NCBI GenBank assembly: GCA_945877755.1
Contig: CAMCSP010000002.1
Span: forward strand, 1-36,536
Length of the DNA stretch: 36,536 bases
Reading direction: 5' to 3'
Source of the DNA: Rickettsia typhi
Lineage (GTDB): Bacteria; Pseudomonadota; Alphaproteobacteria; Rickettsiales; JABSSG01
Both the position numbers and the translations under genes were made by a program. Under the pieces are notes generated by a model, which had not been told where the DNA came from, ran no database searches, and saw only the letters and a list, made by a program, of their open reading frames with translations. Below, piece by piece: positions 27,855 through 36,536 of the stretch (positions within the stretch are counted from its first letter, which is position 1; every line of letters begins with the position of its first letter).

Positions 27855-28886
27855 TTGAAAATAATAAGATATTTATTCATATGTTTAGTATTGGTTCTAA
27901 CTTTTTATAAACTATTCCCAACTACATATTATAAAGGTCCTATTTCTGATCATTTCGACGGTAAGCACTTTTATAATTCGATTAAAGATGATGGAAGTTT
28001 TCTTAGCGTATTAAAATGGCAGCTAACTCGTCATAGACCAACTTGGCCAAAGCTACAATTACCACAACAATATGATTACCCACCTAAAATAATCAATGAT
28101 AATAGCATCAGAGTAAGCACAATAGGGCATTCAACCTTATTGATCCAAACTCATGGGGTTAATATTCTAACTGATCCAATATGGTCAAAAGTGACTGGCC
28201 CATTTTCTTTCTTGGGAGCTAAACGCGCAGTTATGCCTGGAGTGAAATTCAAAGATTTGCCTAAAATTGATGTCGTGCTTATAAGTCACAATCACTATGA
28301 TCATATGGATAAAGATACTATAGTAAAACTTTATCAAGATCATGATCCACTTTTTATCACTCCTTTGGGAAATGATAGTATTTTAAAAAAAATGCTGCCA
28401 AATATAAAAGTTCAGTCATTGGACTGGTATGAAAATGCTAACTTTAACAAAATTAAAATATGGACATACCCTGCTCAACATTGGTCAAGCAGATGGATAA
28501 TTGATCGTGATCGTGCTTTGTGGGGAGCTTTTGTCATTGAGACCCCAACTGACAATCTTTATTTCGCTGGTGATACTGGTTATGGTGATGGGAATCATTT
28601 TAAAGCGGCACAAAAAAAGTTTAAAAAATTTAAAGTAGCATTTTTGCCAATTGGAGCATTTGAACCAGAATGGTTTATGGCACACGCACACATCAATCCT
28701 TCTGAAGCTGTCCAAGCAATGTTAGATTTAAATGCAGATCATGCTGTTGCTATACATTTTGGAACTTTTCCGCTAGCTGATGATCAATATGAAGATCCGC
28801 TAAGGTACTTGAAAAATTCACTTAAGAATTTTCCACATTTGGATTTTAAAGTACTTTCAGCAGGCGAAAATTGGATTTTTAGATAG
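27855..28886 (+). CDS. MBL-fold metallo-hydrolase (NAPE-PLD-like / Lactamase_B_3 type) with an N-terminal signal anchor, TTG start
   Basis: GPISDHFDGKHFYN near the N-terminus, a SHNHYDHMD zinc motif, and GDTGY, with HFGTF near the C-terminus. Confidence 0.75.
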   Translation: MKIIRYLFICLVLVLTFYKLFPTTYYKGPISDHFDGKHFYNSIKDDGSFLSVLKWQLTRHRPTWPKLQLPQQYDYPPKIINDNSIRVSTIGHSTLLIQTHGVNILTDPIWSKVTGPFSFLGAKRAVMPGVKFKDLPKIDVVLISHNHYDHMDKDTIVKLYQDHDPLFITPLGNDSILKKMLPNIKVQSLDWYENANFNKIKIWTYPAQHWSSRWIIDRDRALWGAFVIETPTDNLYFAGDTGYGDGNHFKAAQKKFKKFKVAFLPIGAFEPEWFMAHAHINPSEAVQAMLDLNADHAVAIHFGTFPLADDQYEDPLRYLKNSLKNFPHLDFKVLSAGENWIFR

Positions 28887-28902
28887 TAGTGAAAATCATA
28901 AA

Positions 28903-28977
28903 TGGAGCGGGTGATGAGATTCGAACTCACGACATTTACCTTGGCAAGGTAACGCTCTACCCCTGAGCTACACCCGC
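28903..28977 (-). tRNA. tRNA-Gly (anticodon GCC), CCA encoded
   Basis: Acceptor GCGGGTG/CACCCGC, D stem GCTC/GAGC, anticodon stem TTACC/GGTAA with loop TTGCCAA, T arm GTGAG-TTCGAAT-CTCAT. Confidence 0.95.
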
Positions 28978-29201
28978 ATTACCAATAGGCGTGGATAATA
29001 ATACAAAAAAAAATTTTTGCAAGAGATTAAGTACAATCATACCTAAATTAAGATTTATTTCTTGTAGAAGTAATAATACTTGGCACACATGAAACCATGA
29101 AAAAGTTGTTGTAATGATGCTTGTTTAGAACAGCTGGCATCATTAAAGAGCCTGAAATTGAACCTCAAGGCACTTCAAATCTTCTGGCATTAAAATTAAA
29201 A

Positions 29202-29729
29202 CTAGAAATATTTCACTAGCTCTATTGCTATCTGACAGCCCTTCTTTATGGCACCAGTTAAGAAAGGATATCCAGTGGCTGTAGTTCCACCATTTTGTGT
29301 GGCAATATAAAGATGATGAGCTTCATCTTCTTTAAACTTATTTATTTGCTTGCTTAAAGCTGCTTCGCCATCTCCCAGTTGCTGCAACTGCTCCTCATAA
29401 TGTTCCGATATCACCTCCTCAACCGCTATAGTACAGGCCATAGCAGACTCCTTGCCTAGCTTAGCAGTAACTATTCCTAATCCATAAGCCATAACATTTA
29501 CTAAAGGTAAAAGTAAAGTAGGACGAGTTCTTCTAGTTTTGATCTGCTTCTCAAAAAACTCCAAATGTTCAAGCTCTGAATTAAGCATCTCTTGTACTGT
29601 TGCTGCTTCCTTGCCTTTTAATACTGATAACTGCCCTTCGTAAATTCTTTTGGCAGCATACTCTCCAGCATGGTTAATTCTAATTATTCGGTCGGTGAGC
29701 TTTTTACTTTGTAATTCAGCATTATCCAT
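29202..29729 (-). CDS. coq7: Demethoxyubiquinone hydroxylase, COQ7/Clk-1 di-iron family
   Basis: RINHAGEYAAKRIYEGQ, SELEHL, AVEEVISEHY and EDEAHH give the four-helix di-iron ExxH pattern of COQ7. Confidence 0.9.
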   Translation of the reverse strand: MDNAELQSKKLTDRIIRINHAGEYAAKRIYEGQLSVLKGKEAATVQEMLNSELEHLEFFEKQIKTRRTRPTLLLPLVNVMAYGLGIVTAKLGKESAMACTIAVEEVISEHYEEQLQQLGDGEAALSKQINKFKEDEAHHLYIATQNGGTTATGYPFLTGAIKKGCQIAIELVKYF

Positions 29730-29845
29730 TATTAACCCCTAAAATAATAAACTACATTGAATTATAAATCTTTGGGGTGATTTGTAAATTTAATATTCAT
29801 ATTGTAATTTTTTAATTTGCCAATATGCTATACAAAATGTGAAAA

Positions 29846-29930
29846 GCGGGTGTGGCGGAACTGGTAGACGCGCAAGATTTAGGTTCTTGTAACGCAAGTT
29901 GTGGGGGTTCAAGTCCCTCCACCCGCACCA
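29846..29930 (+). tRNA. tRNA-Leu (anticodon UAG), long variable arm, CCA encoded
   Basis: GCGGGTGTGGCGGAACTGGTAGACGCGCAAGATTTAGGTTCTTG...GGGGGTTCAAGTCCCTCCACCCGCACCA. Anticodon loop TTTAGGT. Closely parallels the class II Leu tRNA architecture. Confidence 0.95.
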
Positions 29931-29958
29931 GTTAATAAAATTATAAGGATCTTAAGTT

Positions 29959-31287
29959 ATGCAAGTTAAAGAATTATCAAGCAGCAAATCAGAGAAAGAA
30001 TTTTCAGTCATCATTCCAGCTAAAGAAATTGAAACTATGATTGAGTCTAAGGCTTTGGAAATTGCTAAAGAAGCAAAAATTGATGGTTTCAGAGCTGGTA
30101 AGGTCCCTGTATCAGTAATTAAAAAGCGCTATAAAGAAAATATCCTTAGCGAATCCTTGGATTTTCTGATTAATCAAACATCTCAAAAAATTATTGAGGA
30201 TAACAAGTTAACATTAGCAACTCGTCCAAATATACAAATCTCATCTTTTGTTGAGGGTAAAGATTTAGAGTATAAAGCAACCTTTGAACTATATCCTGAA
30301 ATTCCTGAAATAGATTATAGCAAATGTGGAGTAACAGAATTCATTTGTGATATCACTGAAGAAGAAATTATAAAAACTCTCAACGATCTTCGTAAAAATA
30401 AAAAAGAATTAAAACCAGTAACTGGTAAATCTGCTGCAAAAGAAGGTGATACTATTTTAATTAATTTTGTTGGTTATATTGATAACAAAGAATTTCCAGG
30501 TGGAAAAGCAGATGATTATAAACTTGAGCTTGGCGCTGGTCATTTTATTCCAGGCTTTGAATCAGGATTAGTTGGCTCCAAAGCAGGAGAAGAAGTGAAA
30601 TTAGATCTAACATTTCCAAAAGACTATGGTTCTAAGGACCATGCTGGCAAAAAAGTTCTCTTTAATGTAACTATTAAAGAAATAATGCATACAATATTAC
30701 CTGAATTAAATGATGAATTTGCAAAATCATTTGGCGTACAAACTTTAGAAGAACTTAGGAAAGCCGTAAAAACTGATTTGGAAAAAAGATATTCTAACGT
30801 AACATATGGGCTAACTAAAAAAGAATTGCTTGATGTATTAGATAAAGAAATAAAATGTAACATGCCAAAAACTATGGTTGAAAGTGAATTAGAAAACTTG
30901 ATTAAACAACTTGCTGATCCAAATCATAAAGAAGATAAAAAAATAGATGAAACACTAAAAGCAAAATATCAAAAAATTGCTGAAAGACGTGTGAAACTTG
31001 GCTTAGTGCTTTCTGAAACAGCAAAAACAAACAAACTATCTATTACTCAAGATGATATTAAGGGCGCGATAATCAATTATGCCCAATCTATGCCTGGTCA
31101 AGAACAGATGGTAATAGAATATTTTACTAAAAACCCTCAAGCAGTTGAAAACCTTAAAGGGCCGATAATTGAAGATAAAGCTGTGAAATTTATTTTATCA
31201 AAAACTACAAACAAACCAAAACACCTATCAGTAGAAAAATTAATTGATCTTGTAAAAAAGAATGAAATAGATAATGCTATTGTGTAA
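29959..31287 (+). CDS. tig: Trigger factor
   Basis: MQVKELSSSKSEKEFSVIIPAKEIE at the N-terminus, GFRAGKVP, and an FKBP-type PPIase core (GDTILINFVGYIDNKEFPGG...FIPGFE..L.G). Lies upstream of clpP-clpX. Confidence 0.95.
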   Translation: MQVKELSSSKSEKEFSVIIPAKEIETMIESKALEIAKEAKIDGFRAGKVPVSVIKKRYKENILSESLDFLINQTSQKIIEDNKLTLATRPNIQISSFVEGKDLEYKATFELYPEIPEIDYSKCGVTEFICDITEEEIIKTLNDLRKNKKELKPVTGKSAAKEGDTILINFVGYIDNKEFPGGKADDYKLELGAGHFIPGFESGLVGSKAGEEVKLDLTFPKDYGSKDHAGKKVLFNVTIKEIMHTILPELNDEFAKSFGVQTLEELRKAVKTDLEKRYSNVTYGLTKKELLDVLDKEIKCNMPKTMVESELENLIKQLADPNHKEDKKIDETLKAKYQKIAERRVKLGLVLSETAKTNKLSITQDDIKGAIINYAQSMPGQEQMVIEYFTKNPQAVENLKGPIIEDKAVKFILSKTTNKPKHLSVEKLIDLVKKNEIDNAIV

Positions 31288-31349
31288 AATAAAGTTACAT
31301 ATTATTATAATCATTGTACAATTAATTTTTTAAATATTCGGGATTGTAG

Positions 31350-31994
31350 ATGAATAATGAATTTAGCTCTAATATGCATATGAGCCTTGTGCCAATGGTC
31401 GTTGAACAAACTAATCGTGGTGAAAGATCTTACGATATTTTCTCACGCTTACTTAAAGAACGGATCATATTTGCAATTGGCGCGATCGACGATGTAATGT
31501 CTAGCTTAGTAGTTGCTCAGTTACTTTTCTTAGAAGCCGAGAACCCTGATAAGGATATTTCTCTATATATCAACTCTCCTGGTGGGTCTGTAACTGCTGC
31601 GTTAGCTATGTATGATACAATGCAGTATATAAAGCCAAAGATTGCTACCTTATGCGTAGGTATGGCTGCCTCAGGTGCTTCATTACTACTTACTGCAGGT
31701 ACTGCTGGTATGCGTTCTTCTTTGCCAAATTCTAAAATAATGATACATCAGCCACACCTTTCTGGTCTAAGAGGACAAGCAACTGATATTGAAATTCATG
31801 CTAAAGATATGCTGGATACAAGAGCAAGATTAAATGGTATATATGCCTATCATACTGGTCAAAAATTAGAAATCATCGAACAGAGCATGGAACGCGATAA
31901 CTTTATGAATCCGGAAGTAGCATTAGCGTTTGGATTAATTGATCAAGTCACGAGTAAAAGAGAAGAAACACCTAAACACAATAAAAAAGATTAA
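31350..31994 (+). CDS. clpP: ATP-dependent Clp protease proteolytic subunit
   Basis: [28 protein letters not shown], catalytic GMAASGAS (Ser), MIHQP (His) and RD. The true start may be an internal Met (31374 or 31380). Confidence 0.95.
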   Translation: MNNEFSSNMHMSLVPMVVEQTNRGERSYDIFSRLLKERIIFAIGAIDDVMSSLVVAQLLFLEAENPDKDISLYINSPGGSVTAALAMYDTMQYIKPKIATLCVGMAASGASLLLTAGTAGMRSSLPNSKIMIHQPHLSGLRGQATDIEIHAKDMLDTRARLNGIYAYHTGQKLEIIEQSMERDNFMNPEVALAFGLIDQVTSKREETPKHNKKD

Positions 31995-32013
31995 GAAAAT
32001 GGAGTTAATCTAA

Positions 32014-33279
32014 ATGGATAAAACAAAAAATACTCCTCCAAAAACTGTGCTTAAATGCTCATTCTGTAACAAGAGCCAGCATGAAGTTAAAAAGCTCGTT
32101 GCCGGCCCATCTGTATATATATGTAATGAGTGTGTTGATTTATGCCAAGATATCATCAAAGAAGAGTCTGGCAATAATTTTAAGAAAAAAGATTCCACTG
32201 ATATTGCAAAACCTAGTGAGATTTGTAAAACCCTTAATGAATACGTCATTGGACAAAATCGTGCAAAAAAAATATTATCTGTAGCCGTTCATAATCATTA
32301 TAAGAGGCTTAAATTTGAAAACGGCAATTCAGATGTAGAAATATCTAAATCTAATATATTGCTAATTGGGCCCACCGGCTCAGGAAAAACTTTGCTAGCA
32401 CAAACTTTAGCAAAAATCATTAACGTACCATTTACTATGGCAGATGCCACATCTCTTACTGAAGCTGGCTATGTTGGAGAAGATGTAGAAAACATTCTAT
32501 TGAGACTATTACAATCGTGTAATTATAATGTTGAAAAAGCACAAAAAGGCATAATCTACATTGATGAAATTGATAAAATTTCACGCAAGTCAGAAAACCC
32601 ATCCATTACTCGCGACGTATCTGGTGAAGGAGTCCAGCAAGCACTACTCAAAATTATGGAAGGAACTATTGCATCAGTGCCGCCGCAGGGTGGGCGCAAA
32701 CATCCACAGCAAGAATTTATTCAGATAGATACTACCAACATATTATTTATATGTGGAGGTGCATTTACTGGATTAGAAAAAATTATTTCTAATCGTAGCA
32801 AAGGCAGTCATGCAATTGGTTTTGGAGCTAAAGTTAAAGGTGAATCAGATGCCAATACTGATGCATTACTACAAAAAGTTGAGCCAGATGATTTAATAAA
32901 ATTTGGATTAATTCCAGAATTCATTGGTAGATTACCAAATATTGCAACCTTAACTAACTTGGATGAGCAAGCATTAGTTGATATTCTGATAAAACCAAAA
33001 AATGCTCTGGTAAAGCAATATCAAAAACTTTTCCAAATTGAAAATGTTGAATTGGAATTTACTGATGAATCACTTCAGGAGATAGCAAAGAAAACGTTGC
33101 AGCGCAAAACTGGAGCCAGAGGATTACGTGCAATTATGGAAGATATTTTATTAGAACCAATGTTTGAAGTACCAAGCCAATCTTCAATAAAGAAAATCAT
33201 TGTTGATAAGAATGCTGTAGTAAATAGTACCCATCCATTATTTGTTTATGAAAATACTAAAAAGAAGAAGAGCTCTTAA
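32014..33279 (+). CDS. clpX: ATP-dependent Clp protease ATP-binding subunit ClpX
   Basis: C4 zinc finger CSFCNKSQ...ICNECVDLC, Walker [12 protein letters not shown], Walker [10 protein letters not shown], and [10 protein letters not shown] sensor 2. Confidence 0.97.
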   Translation: MDKTKNTPPKTVLKCSFCNKSQHEVKKLVAGPSVYICNECVDLCQDIIKEESGNNFKKKDSTDIAKPSEICKTLNEYVIGQNRAKKILSVAVHNHYKRLKFENGNSDVEISKSNILLIGPTGSGKTLLAQTLAKIINVPFTMADATSLTEAGYVGEDVENILLRLLQSCNYNVEKAQKGIIYIDEIDKISRKSENPSITRDVSGEGVQQALLKIMEGTIASVPPQGGRKHPQQEFIQIDTTNILFICGGAFTGLEKIISNRSKGSHAIGFGAKVKGESDANTDALLQKVEPDDLIKFGLIPEFIGRLPNIATLTNLDEQALVDILIKPKNALVKQYQKLFQIENVELEFTDESLQEIAKKTLQRKTGARGLRAIMEDILLEPMFEVPSQSSIKKIIVDKNAVVNSTHPLFVYENTKKKKSS

Positions 33280-33298
33280 ATATTGCAAGTAATAAACT

Positions 33299-33775
33299 AT
33301 GCAGTTAAAAAACTTCATTATGAGGATAGCTTTACAAATTCAGAATCTCATCGATTCTTTAACTACCAAAAATATTTTGGCAGTAAGGTGTATAGTTGTT
33401 AAAAATGACAAGTTTTTACTGGTTAAACACACTTATATGCCTGGATGGTATAATATTGGTGGGGGCGTTGACATGGGAGAAACTCCTTTGCAAGCTGTGA
33501 TCCGTGAACTTCAAGAAGAAGCAGGCATCACTTGCTTAACTCCCCCTAAATTATCCAATATCTATCTTTATACAGATAAGAAAAAAAGCAATCAACATTA
33601 TATAACTCTTTATATATGCGAAGATTTCCAGGAAGCAGATTATATCTGCCCCATAGAAATTGCTCAAAAGAAATGGTTTAAGCTCAAAGACTTACCAGAA
33701 GATACCACCCCTGCTACCAAAGCTAGAATTTTAGAATATTTAGGCAAGATAGAAAGTAGTGACACGTGGAAGTAA
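33299..33775 (+). CDS. NUDIX hydrolase
   Basis: Nudix box GGGVDMGETPLQAVIRELQEEAGI (GX5EX7REUXEEXGU). The start codon is uncertain; an internal Met lies at codon 8. Confidence 0.8.
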   Translation: MQLKNFIMRIALQIQNLIDSLTTKNILAVRCIVVKNDKFLLVKHTYMPGWYNIGGGVDMGETPLQAVIRELQEEAGITCLTPPKLSNIYLYTDKKKSNQHYITLYICEDFQEADYICPIEIAQKKWFKLKDLPEDTTPATKARILEYLGKIESSDTWK

Positions 33776-33810
33776 AGATCAATAACATACTATACAGTTT
33801 GCCCACGCAT

Positions 33811-33838
33811 CTTGTAATAATAAAATTACCACCTATAT
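33811..33838 (+). promoter_or_regulatory. Putative sigma-32 (RpoH) heat-shock promoter for lon
   Basis: CTTG (33811-33814), a 17-nt spacer, then CCTATAT (33832-33838). This matches the alphaproteobacterial RpoH consensus CTTG-N17/18-CYTATNT and lies 22 nt upstream of the lon ORF. Confidence 0.4.
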
Positions 33839-33859
33839 TATAGGTATATATATTGTATA

Positions 33860-36268
33860 ATGGTAAGTGTTATGAAAAATAAACAACTCAATCTATACCC
33901 TCTAGTCCCTCTAAGAGATATAGTATTATTCCCAAAAATGGTTTCTCCTTTAATAGTTGGCAGAACTAAGTCAATTAAAGCGATTGAGGAAGTTAGCGCG
34001 AGCAATTCACCGATATTATTTGTTACTCAGAAAAGTGCTACAGTCACAGATCCTAAACCAGAAGAGTTACATAAAGTTGGGGTAATTGCAAAAGTATTGC
34101 AATTACTAAAGCTACAAGATGGTACGCTAAAAGTATTAGTCGAAGCAACTGAACGAGTAAAAATAGAAAATATAATCAGCACCAAAAATCATTTGGAAGC
34201 AATTGTATCTAATTTTGAAGAAAAAGCTGGAGATAATATCAAAACTACTGCTCTAATGCGTTCAGTAATCGCGCAATTTCACGAATATGCAAAATTAAAT
34301 ACCAAAACCAATTCTGAAGTAATGCAAGTATTAGAGAAGATCAATGACCCAGGTCATTTTGCTGATATAATCACTACAAATTTATTAATAAGAATCGAAG
34401 ATAAACAAGAAGTGTTGGAAATATCCAATATTAAAAAAAGACTAGAAAAACTCCTCGAATTAATAGGAACTGAAATCAGTATTCTCACAACAGAACAAAA
34501 GATTCGCACCAATGTTAAAAAACAAATGGATAAAACTCATAAAGAATTCTTCTTAAATGAGCAGTTAAAAGCCATACATAAGGAACTTAACGAAGGAGAC
34601 GATGGTAAAAGCGAATTAGCAGAGCTCGAAAAGAAAATTAGTAAAACTAAAATGAGCAAAGAAGCTTTTAAAAAAGCTATTTCCGAACTTCGTAAACTCA
34701 AAATGATGAATGCAATGTCAGCTGAGGCTAGTGTAATTCGTAATTACCTTGAATATTTAGTTTCGTTACCATGGAATAAATATACCAAAATAAAGCATGA
34801 TATTTCTGCTGCCCAACAAATTCTAGATCATGACCATTATGGCTTAGATAAGGTTAAAGAAAGAATTATTGAGTATTTAACCGTACAAAAACGTACCTCA
34901 TCTAATAAAGGGCCTATTTTATGCTTAGTTGGCCCTCCAGGAGTCGGTAAAACCTCACTAGCAAAATCAATTGCAAAAGCTACCGGTAGAAATTATATAA
35001 GATTCTCTCTTGGGGGAGTACGAGATGAGGCAGAAATTAGAGGCCATAGAAGAACGTACGTTGGAGCAATGCCAGGAAAAATAATAAGCTTACTCAAAAA
35101 AGCTGAATCAGCAAACTCCTTAATTCTTTTGGATGAAATTGATAAAATGAGTTCTGATTTCCGAGGAGACCCAGGCTCAGCCTTATTAGAAGTGCTAGAT
35201 CCTGAACAAAATAATAAATTTATAGATCATTATATAGAAGTAGAATTCGATTTATCAAAAGTATTATTCATTGCTACTGCAAACTCATTGAACCTTCCAA
35301 GGCCTCTGTTAGACAGGATGGAAATCATAAGGCTATCTGGTTATACAGAAGAAGAAAAAACTCAGATTGCAATACAATATTTAGTAAAGAAAATTTGTAA
35401 AGAGCATCATCTCTCGAAAAAAGAGTTCTCTATTACTAATGAGTCAATAAGAGATGTAATAAGGTACTACACAAGAGAATCTGGAGTACGTAATCTTGAG
35501 CGGGAAATTGCTAAACTTGCTAGAAAGGCGGTTCGCTTAATTGAACAAAAAAATATTAAGTCACTAAATATCACTTCTGAAAATCTTAGTACGTATGCTG
35601 GTGTAAGGAAGTTTGATTTTGGCCAATCAGAAAGTGAAAATCAAGTTGGTGTTACTACAGGTCTTGCTTATACAGAGGTTGGAGGAGATCTATTAGCCAT
35701 TGAGGCAGTATTATTGCCAGGCAAAGGTTTAATTAAAACTACCGGTAAGCTTGGTGAAGTGATGCAAGAATCTGCCCAAACTGCCTTTAGCTACTTCAAA
35801 TCTACCTCTTTAAAATATGGGATAATCCCACCTCAATACTCTAGGAAAGACATTCATCTGCACGTTCCTGAGGGTGCTACACCTAAAGATGGTCCATCAG
35901 CAGGAGTTGCTATGTTTACCTCCATCGTCTCAGTAATGACCGGCATCACTGTTGATAAAACTATTGCTATGACAGGAGAAATTACTTTAAGAGGAAGAGT
36001 GCTTCCTATAGGTGGACTCAAAGAAAAATTACTTGCAGCTCTAAGAGGAGGCATAAAAACCGTACTAATACCTGCACAAAACATGAAAGATCTTGAAGAT
36101 ATGCCAAAAAATATCACTGAAAATATAGAGATTGTTCCCATAAAAACTGCAGAAGAAGCTATAAATCGTGCCCTAACTGCAACATTTTTGCCAGTAGAGT
36201 GGTCTGAAATTAACAAAATAGAGCCAATTATAGCAAAAAATGATGAAAATGATGTAGTAACGCATTGA
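33860..36268 (+). CDS. lon: ATP-dependent Lon protease
   Basis: N-terminus YPLVPLRDIVLFP, Walker A GPPGVGKTS, Walker B LDEIDK, and a protease domain with the catalytic KDGPSAG Ser and a downstream Lys. The start may be Met5 (33872). Confidence 0.97.
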   Translation: MVSVMKNKQLNLYPLVPLRDIVLFPKMVSPLIVGRTKSIKAIEEVSASNSPILFVTQKSATVTDPKPEELHKVGVIAKVLQLLKLQDGTLKVLVEATERVKIENIISTKNHLEAIVSNFEEKAGDNIKTTALMRSVIAQFHEYAKLNTKTNSEVMQVLEKINDPGHFADIITTNLLIRIEDKQEVLEISNIKKRLEKLLELIGTEISILTTEQKIRTNVKKQMDKTHKEFFLNEQLKAIHKELNEGDDGKSELAELEKKISKTKMSKEAFKKAISELRKLKMMNAMSAEASVIRNYLEYLVSLPWNKYTKIKHDISAAQQILDHDHYGLDKVKERIIEYLTVQKRTSSNKGPILCLVGPPGVGKTSLAKSIAKATGRNYIRFSLGGVRDEAEIRGHRRTYVGAMPGKIISLLKKAESANSLILLDEIDKMSSDFRGDPGSALLEVLDPEQNNKFIDHYIEVEFDLSKVLFIATANSLNLPRPLLDRMEIIRLSGYTEEEKTQIAIQYLVKKICKEHHLSKKEFSITNESIRDVIRYYTRESGVRNLEREIAKLARKAVRLIEQKNIKSLNITSENLSTYAGVRKFDFGQSESENQVGVTTGLAYTEVGGDLLAIEAVLLPGKGLIKTTGKLGEVMQESAQTAFSYFKSTSLKYGIIPPQYSRKDIHLHVPEGATPKDGPSAGVAMFTSIVSVMTGITVDKTIAMTGEITLRGRVLPIGGLKEKLLAALRGGIKTVLIPAQNMKDLEDMPKNITENIEIVPIKTAEEAINRALTATFLPVEWSEINKIEPIIAKNDENDVVTH

Positions 36269-36339
36269 CATCTGTCTCTATTTCAGAAAAAATAGTAGTT
36301 AGGAGTTTGTTCGATCCAGAGTGAGCTTCGTAAAATTGG

Positions 36340-36359
36340 AAATATGCTCGCATATTTTT
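36340..36359 (+). terminator. Weak candidate Rho-independent terminator after lon
   Basis: aaatatg-ctcg-catattt hairpin (7-bp, all-but-one A/T stem) followed by tt. Low predicted stability. Confidence 0.3.
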
Positions 36360-36389
36360 GATCGTTAATAATTTAATAAGGACCATAAA

Positions 36390-36406
36390 ATGAACAAAAA
36401 TGAACT
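36390..36406 (+). CDS. hupB: First 17 nt (MNKNEL...) of an HU-like DNA-binding protein gene, interrupted
   Basis: RBS AAGGA 8 nt upstream. ATG AAC AAA AAT GAA CT encodes MNKNE(L), the typical HU N-terminus, at the position hupB occupies after lon in alphaproteobacteria. The downstream frame (CDMRLQNRAVFHHYEKTILITE*) is not HU-like. Confidence 0.45.
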
Positions 36407-36536
36407 GTGCGACATGAGGTTGCAGAATAGGGCTGTTTTCCACCATTATGAGAAAACCATTCTTATCACAGAATGAATCTAGGATGCTGAATCGAGTAGC
36501 GCATCTGACAATGTAATGAAGAGCGACATTACAAGC
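36407..36536 (+). mobile_element. Candidate 5' end of a group II intron (domain I start), truncated by the window edge
   Basis: Begins GTGCGAC, matching the group II 5' consensus GUGYG, exactly where HU-like coding stops. ...GCAGAATAGGGCTGTT resembles the Ll.LtrB start GTGCGCCCAGATAGGGTGTT. GC-richer than the flanks, with a hairpin TGTAATG-N7-CATTACA near the end. Confidence 0.45.

Overview
AT-rich segment (about one third G+C by eye, not computed), mostly housekeeping genes. The gene order looks alphaproteobacterial, like a reduced or intracellular Rickettsiales/Holosporales-type genome. This rests on alpha-type MraZ, tig-clpP-clpX-lon followed by an HU-like start, a CTTG-N17-CCTATAT heat-shock promoter and COQ7-type ubiquinone hydroxylase. 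Left to right: a 5'-truncated RND efflux adaptor plus an intact RND permease; a minus-strand block (RhlE-like helicase with a repeat tail, cspA, trmB, carboxylesterase, dapE, a hybrid sensor kinase split into two frames); and a ~5.7 kb accessory, decaying region. That region is bounded by a ~32-bp direct repeat next to tRNA-Pro. It holds a cupin, gene debris, three small membrane ORFs, two degenerate IS6-family copies in inverted orientation around a pirin gene, and a TMEM175-like channel. Next come the start of the dcw cluster (mraZ-rsmH-ftsL-ftsI-murE, stopping after murE); a CitE-like lyase / double-MaoC hydratase / family-I CoA-transferase trio resembling RipCBA-type itaconate (C5-dicarboxylate) catabolism; brnQ; an MBL-fold hydrolase; tRNA-Gly; coq7; tRNA-Leu; and tig-clpP-clpX-nudix-lon. 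Both window edges fall in GC-richer, non-native sequence. On the right, an HU-like gene start (MNKNEL) is cut after 17 nt by sequence beginning GTGCG, a candidate group II intron 5' end. On the left, an unclassified ~120-nt element replaces the N-terminal half of the adaptor gene. I found no CRISPR array, no recognisable defence or toxin system, and no clearly novel multi-gene system. The most interesting items are the interrupted HU gene, the Rip-like cluster, and the repeat-bounded island. Product calls rest on motifs read from the ORF translations; no database search was run.
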